64,000 nucleotides of DNA from positions 434,001-498,000 of the forward strand of contig CAJNYD010000062.1 in NCBI GenBank assembly GCA_905331295.1, in the 5' to 3' direction. Both the position numbers and the translations under genes were made by a program. Positions 54,101 through 64,000 of the stretch are shown here, piece after piece. Within the stretch, counting starts at the first letter, position 1; the number at the start of each line of letters is the position of its first letter. Source of the DNA: Rotaria socialis (taxonomy: Eukaryota). Under the pieces are notes generated by a model. It was not told the origin of the DNA and did not search any database. It was given only the letters and a program-made list of their open reading frames with translations.

Positions 54101-55633
54101 TTATCGTTTGGTGACTTTTGCCCACAAACCATACTTGGGTCGCATAGTGATGCGAACATCGGGTGTCACTTTTTGACCGGGTACAAGTTCAAAGGTACAT
54201 CGTTTTATTAGCATCGCTAACATCACTTTAGCTTCGAGCAACGCAAAATTTTGTCCAATACAGTTACGTGGCCCAGCTGCGAATGGTAAATAGCAGAATA
54301 GATGAGCTAATTTTGGTTTGAGACCTGTAATAGGATCACGCATCCATCGCATATAGTCGAATTCGAGTGGTCGAGGCCAAAATTCGGCCCGTCGATGAAG
54401 TAGATAAGTGTTAATCACGATAATCGCGTTAAGAGGTATATGTAACTGATGATTATCTTTACTACCGATGGTATGTTCACGTATACAGTGTCACGCGAAT
54501 ATAGGTGCTGGAGGATAGAGACGAAGGGTTTCCTGTAAAATAGCCTCACATACAACCAGATCGCTCATATTTTCATAGGTAAGATCGATGTTGTCTGAAA
54601 GCACACGATCAACTTCATCACGACAGGCACGTAACACTGGTTCGTCAGTCATTAGCATATACAAGGTCCATACAATGAGATTTCCTGTCGTTTCATGACC
54701 GGCAAACACAAAGGTCAAAGCTTCGTCCTTGATCTCTTGATCGGTGAATGGTTTGCCTTCTGCATCAACAGCCGATAATAGTAGGTCGAGAATGTCAGAG
54801 CCCGAACATAAACTTTTCGAACGATTCTGCCGCCTATCAACAATAATTTGTTCGACAAATTGAGTCGTTTCCCGAGTACCTTCGTCTACAATATGCTTGT
54901 GCCAGAACGGTAATAGTGCTAGCACAGGAATTTTATTGACCATACGCATTGTTCGATATTCGACAGCTTGAAGCACTACAGTGAATGCTTGATTGACTAT
55001 GTCTTTGGCATTGCCAATTGTTTCGAAACCTTTTCCAAAAGCACACGATGCAATGATTGATAATGTCAGTGCATTTAGGTCTGTCTGCAAATTGACAAGC
55101 GGACTGTTGGTCGATGCAAATAGTTCATCAATGGCTTTTCGTGTTTGATCAACCATGATCGAGACCATTGATTGAAGATTGATAGCATGAAAAGCTGGAT
55201 TAAGCATTTTTCGAGCTCGTTCATGTTCGATTCCTTCACTCACGAACAGATTGTGTGTACCAATTATTGGCTTGAACACGTTACTATTCAGAGCTGTTTT
55301 AGAATAGTCTTGTGCGTGTGATCGACCGAGAACGTCAGTGAGCATGTCAGGTTCAAGTACGATGAGGCGTGCGAGTGGACCAAAGCCATGAAGAAAGATA
55401 TTTCCATGCTTTTTAACAAGTTCTTCGTAATAACCCATGTACTGATCGTTTGCTCGAGAGCGATTCATTTCAAGCAGTTGACCAATGATAGGCACAAATG
55501 GTTCACCTGGAACACCTTGACTACGAAATGCATCGTGTAAACGCTTCGCTGGGCGAATTAATTTCCAGTACACGATAAGCACAATCGGCAGGACGATAGC
55601 ACAGCTTGTGTATACGGATAGAAGAAATATCAT
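54101..55633 (-). pseudogene. Intronless cytochrome P450 (CYP4/CYP72-clan-like) interrupted by one in-frame TGA
   Basis: N-terminal TM anchor, FAGHETT, ETLRLYPP, heme motif PFAAGPRNCIG; both ORFs share a frame, joined by PPAPIFA*HCIREH (TGA at 54493-54491). Confidence 0.88.
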
Positions 55634-55811
55634 TATATGGTACACGTACACTTGTTGAGAGTAAATCACTTAATATGATACCGCGGTACTCTTTTTGCCG
55701 ATAGACAAAGAAAAAGATACGACGTTGCATGCCAACTTTTTCTTTCTTTTGTTGATACAGAATTGCCTCGTTTGAAAGAAAAGATAAAATGTATTCTCAT
55801 TCTCATGTCCT

Positions 55812-56790
55812 CAAAATCGCTAAAAAAATCGATGATTATATCGCGGGATATTAGGGCGATTTACCGTGAGATCTTATCACGATAAAATCGTTCAAATTGC
55901 CGATTTGTTTTTCAATTTTTAAGAAAATTTGAGACTAATTTACGGTTGCGTAATCAGTTTAGATTTCTGATGAAAAAAGGTATAAAAAGTAAGTGTTTTC
56001 AAGACTTTTGATATCTATAGAACGCGCCTTTTACTTATCCGTTTGAATTCCCTGAGAGTGACTGATATACTCTTGATGTGGATGATAAAAGACTGGCTTT
56101 CATTGTCGAAACATTTTCCACACCTACACCTATTCGAACCCAATCAGACCAAATCGAATCTAATTCAGCTGATGTGTTTTGTTTTTTGCATCTGGTGTTT
56201 AATGTAGACTACAACAGAAGAGTAATTTATAAATTTCTATGAACAAAAAAAAATGAATAAAATTTATTCTGAAGTGAAAATTTATATGAAAGAGAAGAGA
56301 AAAAAGTTGAGAATACTCTTCTTCTTTGTTAACTGATTACGCTAATATGTTTAATAATGTTCTTCAATTAGTTGGAATGATTGAAAGAACCTATACCTAT
56401 GTAATTATAATGATCGAAAACTAATCTTCGTTTGTATAGGAAGCAATAAAAATTTCTGTTGAAACTAATCAACGATTAGTGATATAAGCCAATTATTGTA
56501 ATCGATTACGTAATTCAGTATGATACAGTTCGACTAAACAAGAAGAGATTAACAAGTTCATCATTTTATTTATCTAAGCTAATAAATCAAGAATTAATGA
56601 GTTAGATAATTGTCTTCTAGTATGTTATAAAACTTTAAAATATGTTTTTGGTGAAAATATCTGAAAATTCGCAGTTAGTTTCGGCCAATCACAAATTTAA
56701 AAATAGTCAACGATTTATGGCGATACATCTGCACTACTTAAGAAATCGACGATTAATCGCGATGTATCATCAAAACTTAGGCGGTTTTAA
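55812..56790. mobile_element. Non-autonomous DNA transposon relic (same motif family as 5786-7435)
   Basis: CpG-rich aatcg/cgatt clusters at both ends (e.g. gacgattaatcgcgatg) around an AT-rich interior. Confidence 0.45.
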
Positions 56791-57474
56791 AAACACGGCT
56801 TATGTTTTATTGCCTGAATTTTTTCTCCATAATTCCTTTTTACCAATGGTACTATTCTTTGTTAAGTAATTCGTAGATGGAGCCGTCATCACTCATAGAA
56901 AATCCTAACCGTTTCAATCAGTGGGAATGAGGTGTACACGTGGAAGCTTTTGCTGAAAGAAAGTTTCACAAGTAGGTCTGACTCGTTTCGTGATCGACTG
57001 GATTGTGAAATAAAACGTCATCATGATGTAAAATGTTATATTAATAGCTTCATATATAGGCCTGAGAGAGTAATTAAACTAAATGAATTTTTGGTTGCCC
57101 GTATATTGTAACAGGAGAGGAATAAATAAATCGAATGTGCCAATATAACTTTTTATCAATCATTTTATGTTAAGTCGTTTTAAAACATAATTATTCAACA
57201 TTTTTCTTTTTCAATTGGAGACAATTAATTTTGTAAATTGAGACTGTTCTGCTTTTTAATATAGTCTTATTTGTTGTTGATGAGCATGCAGTTTCCTTTA
57301 TCACTTCATCAAATAGTTATATTGGGATTGAAATTTCTTGGTAGGTTTCATTCGACTCTTTCTTCAGTTTATTACTGGATATGATTCTTTATTTTATTAG
57401 AAACGATGCAGAGAAAAGAACAAATGAGAGTATTTAGTATTGTTAGAAAGTTATTCGCAGGAAATGTCACTGAT

Positions 57475-57777
57475 TTAGATTAAGAATTCCCGCTTAATGC
57501 AGTGTTGAGTGACGGGATAATAACATTGACCATTGCAGAGTTTCTGTCCAAGTTTACACAAGTGTCCTTCAAGACATTCGTAAAATCCAACATCATAATA
57601 ACATTGAGTACCACACGCTGTCTGACCAATCTTGCAGAGTTGTCCATCGATGCATTTATGAGCTATTGGGAAATAACACTGTGTACCACATGATTTTTGT
57701 CCAACCATACAGAGTAAGGCAGACGAGCTACTGAAACAAATCAATGTGATAAAAGTTAGCACGAGAATTTTCGACAT
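57475..57777 (-). CDS. Small secreted Cys-rich protein with ~3 tandem CBM52/Carb_bind-like repeats
   Basis: Signal peptide MSKILVLTFITLICFSSSSA; repeats GQKSCGTQCYFPIAHKCIDGQLC / GQTACGTQCYYDVGFYECLEGHLC / GQKLCNGQCYYPVTQHC; intronless. Confidence 0.75.
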   Translation of the reverse strand: MSKILVLTFITLICFSSSSALLCMVGQKSCGTQCYFPIAHKCIDGQLCKIGQTACGTQCYYDVGFYECLEGHLCKLGQKLCNGQCYYPVTQHCIKREFLI

Positions 57778-59065
57778 GATGATTGTTGACGAAGCTTTTG
57801 GCTTGCAGGTATGAGTGTAATAAATCTTAAAAGATGTAATACATTGATTTTTTCTCTATGTAAGAATATTTATTGGTACCAGTAAATGAATATTGATGAA
57901 TAACTCATAATTTTTGTTGACATAGAGAGAGAACGCATATAACTGAATGAATCTATTCATACCCTCCATCATGGTATTGCCCAACTAATCGACATATTGT
58001 AAAGAAAATAACATTAATCGAGAGTAGTATGAATCATAAACTGTATGAAAAAGACATATATGTAACGAACGGCATTTGTTAATCAGAAATTTTCGTATCA
58101 TAATGTAAAATCTCACAAAGGTGTTATTCTTATTCAGTGAGGCATTTTATATTGAGAGCCGAAGCTAACAACTGATATTTTTACACTATCGTTAAAAGAA
58201 AAGCGCTGAGAGAAGTTGGGTGGATGTTGATATCCTATAGATCTGAATCTACAACTACATCTATACTCTTTCCAATAAAAGAGAAAATATAGTTATGATT
58301 TATTCCAAAAGCAGTCAAATTTATTATTATTCACAATTTGAATAGAGTTTTAGTAAATATATAATCATTACATATAACAATTATGTTGCTATCTATATTT
58401 TTTCATATAATTGCATTACTTATTATTATTATTATTATTTTCTTATATGAGACATGGTAGCCACAATTCTATCCGAACTTATTCATCAAGCAAAATTCAT
58501 TGCTCAAACAACTACATTAATAATACTCAAAATACTGACACAAAAAATAAAGCAATGAGAAGTTATAAATAGCATTATACATTAAATGTAACAAATTGAA
58601 TCTATAATTAGCATACGAGTATGCCCTCCTTCAATGATTCACTTTTGATAATCATCAATTCCACTTCTAAAATCATTTGAAATCAATATAAATTGTACAA
58701 ATTATAATACACTATCACATCTTACAGAGTGCTTCAAATTTTGCTATACCTAACTTATTACGTTCCGTTAGTATTACTATAGTTGTTCATCATTCAAGCT
58801 TTTATTTATATTTTGATTGTTTTCTCTATATTTCTTTTAAATAATTTGTGTATCAACTTGAAACTTTGTCGGCCCCAATTTTTTTTTGACAGTTTCAACA
58901 ATTCTTATATGATTAATGGCATTTTTAATATGTCCATTATACATACATAAAAGAGCTAATCAGCGTATTAGGTTATTGCGGCCTTCATCTTCAGTTTTCG
59001 TCATTATTTATTATTCAAGAAGAAATGCTGCATACCGATCTATAATAGATCTAGTAATTGACTGC

Positions 59066-60545
59066 GCATGGCAAAAAATGTTTTATTAATTGTTAAGTGA
59101 ACAACTCCTTGTATACAACGAATGTAAGAATTAATCCGATAGAATATCAACTAATCAACTGAATGGATAAATGTTGGACTATATTTCGCGTCTGTTTATA
59201 ATAAAACTATTGAAACAGATATACCAGTATTATGTTTTTCTAGAGCTCATTCATCTCGATTATGTCAAAACTTTACACCAAAATTAGCTGTTTTTTTAAA
59301 GGACATAATAGTGAATTGGAAGATGAATTAGACATTGTTTTTATTTCAAATGACGAAGATCAAGCTACTTTTGATCACTATTTCAAAGAAATGCCATCGA
59401 AATCATTACCTTTCTCTGGTATGTTGAATAACTGAAATTGACATTGTAAACAACATTTTTAATCAAACAGAAAGTTTCAATAAGTTTCGATTTATTTAGA
59501 TCAAGATCGTGCAATAGCATGATGTGAACATTTTCATATTGAACACCTTCCAGCTGTAGTTTTGCTTTCTTCTACATGTCAGCTAACTTCTTTGGATGGT
59601 GTCGATTTAGTACGTGGTGCATATCATGGGGCTGCACGCCAATGATGTAAACGAAAATCTTTATTTTGGTCACGTGAAGCATGCGAAAGTGAATATGTTT
59701 GGCATGGTGTTATTTATCATGAATGCTATATATGTCCAGTCATTGGTTCAAGACATGTTTGTATAGATGAAATGTGTTACGTAGATCTATGTGAAACATG
59801 CCTTCCAAAAATTAAACATGAGCATCCTCTCGTTGAATATTTAGTACCTACACTACAATATTCATTTGAGCAACTTGTCAAATTAGTTCCTCACATTTAC
59901 TTAATCCTAACAGTGAAGAAAAGATTAAAACAACAACAATATGGGAAAATGGTGTTAAAAGAATTGGATTCTATTTTTCTGCTCATTGGTGCCAGTCTTG
60001 TCGTTGTTTTACACCAAAATTAGCAGAAGCTTATGAAGAAAGCACAAGAAAATGCTCTGCATATTAGTATAGTTTTTGTATCATCTGATTTCGATGATCC
60101 ATCAGTCAATGAATATCGTTCAAAAATGTCTTGGCCTGCTGTTCCGTTTCATTCAGTTCATCTTATCAATACATATTTTCAATCTTCTTGTAAATGTTTA
60201 TTTGATTTGTTGATGTTAAATAGTAATTATTGTTTTGTTTTGAAGGCATTCCAAGATTGTTCATTCTTCCATCAGATGGAAAAACTTTATCACGTCGTGG
60301 TGTTGATGATGTTTCACGTAAAGGAGTACAATCTTTGAAAACATGGACACAGCGAGAAACGTGCCTCCTCCTACAGAAGAGGATTTTCTACGGGGAGATG
60401 TCACATGTCATGGATGTAGCGTCAGTTGTATTAATGGTCAAAGATATCATTGTGCTACGTGTGATAATTATGATCTATGCTCGGTTTGTGGAAAAAAGGA
60501 CATGAACATCCACTTGAACCTGTGCCACAACTGATTGAAATCCTA
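59066..60545 (+). pseudogene. Nucleoredoxin-like (two thioredoxin domains, each followed by a ZZ-type Zn finger) pseudogene
   Basis: AHSSRLCQNFTPKLA, DIVFISNDED, YFSAHWCQSCRCFTPKLAEAY, IVFVSSDFD, GIPRLFILPSDGKTLSRRG, CHGC...GQRYHCATCDNYDLCSVC; several stops and frameshifts. Confidence 0.8.
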
Positions 60546-61639
60546 GAGAAACGATTTGTATATATTCATCAATGATATTTTTCAATAATATTCGAAATAT
60601 TGATGAGATAATTCATTAGCTTGTTTTTGGTATGAGTATAGATGGACAGTGCTAAAAGTCGATCCCCGATAATTTTACTATACAATATACAGATGAATTA
60701 AATACTTAGATTTAGTGGTTTCAAACGTTGTTCTTTCAGATTGAATACGTCAAATTGAAAAACTAAATTTTGACGTGTGTCTCCGTTTTTTACTGCATGT
60801 TCCGTGTTTTCGGATTCTACTGAATATTATCATCTTCGACAACGACCAATTGAGTTAGAAGCAGCAATAACTTTATAAAAAGTTAAAATAGAACAGGAAG
60901 TTAAGTGAATAACTCAAATGTGACCACTTATGCTTTAAATTCCATAAATTTATCTTCAAAAAATGGAATCAAAATTAAACTGATAGTCTTTTCTGTCTTT
61001 GTGGAATTGAACTATCGCCAGTACTCACATTATTGATCAAGAAAGTCTGGCTCACTGATGAAAAAATTGGCTATTACATCTATACGATCAATGTGGATCC
61101 GCAGTTGAAGTTTTCTAGTTTTTGGAGCAATCAGGAAAAATGACTTCTGCTAATGAACTCCGTTATACAGCGTATCTGTATTATGCCTGCATTGTCTGTT
61201 CCATGTGAAGTTGCCTTCAATCACTTTGAAAGATCATCATAAGTTATTATTATTATTTAATTATTAGATATAAAAACTATTTGGTCATTAGTTTTCCTTT
61301 ATTTTTTTTTGTAGTTGAAAAGGCTATTTTGCTCGTATATTTTTACTTTATGATTATATCCTGTTCTCTGCTGTTTCACAGAAATCTGAAAATCAATAGA
61401 GAAGTTTTGCCCCAACTTTAATAAAACTGATGGTATTGCTAATATGAAACTAAACCTCTGTACAACTGGAACTTGCTGATTTTGACAGGAAAGCTATAAC
61501 AAGTAATACTCGTCTACTAGATTCGTTGAGTACTCGACTGTATGCTATACTCTTCCGATATAATATACTGATTTGCAGACCTAAACAGCGCTAATATACA
61601 GTATGTGAAACAAAAAATGGATATTATTTTAGATACTGA

Positions 61640-61746
61640 CATCCCTAATCCACTCTCCCCCGACAACTCCCCGGGGAGTCTCCGCAAAATAACGAACTCC
61701 CTACGGATTCCCTGAGGATTCTTCTAGGGAGAGTTGATTAGGGATG
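61640..61746. mobile_element. Very short MITE / hairpin
   Basis: CATCCCTAATCCACTCTCCC ... GGGAGAGTTGATTAGGGATG, flanked by GA on both sides. Confidence 0.65.
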
Positions 61747-63270
61747 GAATTCGATGTCACTTTCTTTCTGTCCAGCATTCATCCATATCACACTGTTACT
61801 TAAGCAACAGCAGCTCACTCAAACTGACATAATTTGTACCATATAATGCAAATAATAAGCATATGGCACATACAAACACGGCTAGGTATAACTTGGGAAT
61901 TGGAATAGTAATTTTATACAATCTACAGTACAATTTCGTTATTCGAGGAGATGAGGGACTGATAACCGTTTTAAATTGAATCTAGCTAGTAGTGTCTAAG
62001 TCATTGTCAAACAGAATTTCGAAATGCATACCTGTTCAATATTTACGATCATTTTACTGTACATCACGTTACAATAGCCAAAAAGGATTCCATTTGAAAA
62101 ATCAAGAATATCTGAGCTTTGAGAAATTATATGGTGGATAAATATTCATTTCTATATCAGTTTCGATATGTAAATGTAAATCTGTTTCTTGTTTTCTGAG
62201 TAGGATTACTGTGACTCACGTGAATACTGCAAACACATTTTAGATACTGATTTAGTTTCTGAGTCATTTTAGTTCTTTTACCGATGTACAGACAGAGGAT
62301 AATATTAGGTATTGTTCTAATCGAATAACATTTTGTTGCAAATTGTTTTGATAAGAGCTACTGTCGATATAAAATATCACGATTTTTGCTTTTTTTATAA
62401 GTATCAAGTCTCACCATATTTTTGAAATGATGCCGACGTGTGGACACTCAGTCAATGGTTAGATTCAACTGTGCTTGTGAGTGTTTTCTTTTACAATGAT
62501 ATTATCAATATAATATATTTTCGTCGGTAGAAAAAAATTAATTTACTCTGGATATTGTACAATAGAGGATCCATGCGGACATCAAAACATCGGTAAATAT
62601 TTGCATCAGGCGTGTTTTTTTCTTACAATACATGAATGATGAAAAAGCTGGGAGAATATAGCGATTGTACAAAAAGATCCGACTTAACTGTTGCTGATTA
62701 GTTGCATATTGCAGAACAAGAAGCGTCAATAAATATCAGTCAAGGAAACACTAAAAATGACCATTCAATACTTCATTCAGGGATCTTACTAGACAGCCTG
62801 ACTACAAGAATAGAAATGTGTGCATATTTTCGAAAGCAAGAATATAAACCCTAGGAAAACAAATACCCATCCAATATCATTCTATTGGCAAAGGATGAGT
62901 GACACAACGAAGCTATATTTTAACATGACTCTCATAAGCACAATAAAATAGCATGCTTGAAACTATGGGTGTGAATGTGGGTGCACTTCTCTAAAATGAC
63001 ATCCCACACCCATGCCCTTCTTGTTATAGAGTGAATGACGATCACTTTTGTACACTATTAGATACGTCGAGACGCTTCTTTATTCTCATCCTTTTCGGAC
63101 AGCTTGAGCGAAAAAATACATTATGTGAGAACCAATTACATCGAATTTTTTATGAAAATTGAGGGTACCAATGGACTTACTTCTATTTACCTTTTTTTTT
63201 ACGCTTTTGTTTGTAAATTAATATTTTGAACTTTCAAAAAGTGCATTTATTGATTATGAAATTGTCAGCA

Positions 63271-63572
63271 GTGTCCAAGGACTGAGAAATAGGAATTCCT
63301 AATGTGTCGAGGAATTGTCAGTACCGCTTTGATAATTCCTGGAGGAAATGGGAATCAACTATAGGTTCCCTCACCGTTCCATCATTCACGAAAGTTGCGA
63401 TATTGCTGTTTTCAAAATAATTTTTGCATGAAATCATTGATTCTCACAATTTTTCAAGTGAAAATGAGTGTAAGAACAAAAACTATCGTGAATATTCTAT
63501 ATTTTTACCTTTATTATGCAAGAAAATGTATGGAAACTGATGAGGAATTCCTAATCCTCAGTCCTTGGACAC
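63271..63572. mobile_element. MITE with ~30-bp TIRs
   Basis: gtgtccaaggactgagaaataggaattcct ... aggaattcctaatcctcagtccttggacac. Confidence 0.75.
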
Positions 63573-64000
63573 CCCTCAAAAAATGCCGATTTCTCTCTTT
63601 AGTTCCTAGGAAAAATGATTCCAAAAAGACTCACGCTTCTTTTATTTGACATGAATACTACACTAAGCATTTTTATTGAAGAGCATCTTTTTATCGAATT
63701 TCTGAAGTAAAATATAATTCAATAACTTAAATCAAACAATCATTGGATGTCACTAAGTACGTCGGGAAAAAGCTAGAGTATTGTTAGTTCTACAGAATAC
63801 AAAAGTTCAGTCACTGATTTAGACAAGTTTCTTCGTTTGATTCACAACAAATAAGCCACTTAACATCGAAGGTATAATGCCACGGAATACACCTGTAGCA
63901 TCTCCAGCATACCAAATATTTTCTCCTGGTACTTTCATATTTTGGTCGAGTAGTGGATAGTTTCCAACGACTTCTAGTGTGGGTCCTTTGAGCATAAAAC

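Noticed and set aside
54491..54493. Selenocysteine or recoded TGA in the P450
   Set aside because: The position corresponds to Arg rather than Cys, and I could not recognise a SECIS; a point mutation is simpler.
60700..61250. Possible further decayed gene after the nucleoredoxin relic
   Set aside because: Coding-like texture only; no assignable motif.

Overview
This is AT-rich eukaryotic DNA with many ~50-65 bp GT-AG introns, not prokaryotic. Gene style (ESCKA-P-box nuclear receptors, FG-GAP and NHL relics, intron-poor microbial-looking genes, many MITEs) suggests a bdelloid rotifer (inference). 1-20 kb is gene-poor, with two NR1J/HR96-like nuclear receptors (one with no LBD in the window), TE debris and an NHL relic. 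20-28 kb holds ARL14EP-like and FoxJ2/3 genes only ~156 bp apart, plus a secreted Cys-rich prepropeptide. 29-38 kb is a cluster of three Met-Gly-initiated G/P/Q/M/Y/F low-complexity genes. 38-47 kb holds housekeeping genes RRP8, an SLC7 cationic amino acid transporter and METTL14. 47.6-64 kb is a TE-rich accessory island: hAT relic, FG-GAP relic, a secreted GH16-ricin B protein with a degenerate catalytic motif, an intronless P450 with one in-frame TGA, a small secreted CBM52-like protein and a nucleoredoxin-ZZ pseudogene. The best candidates for something new are the putative beta-1,3-glucan-recognition pair and the low-complexity, possibly lipid-anchored gene cluster. All gene models were spliced by eye and family calls come from motif recall, not database searches.
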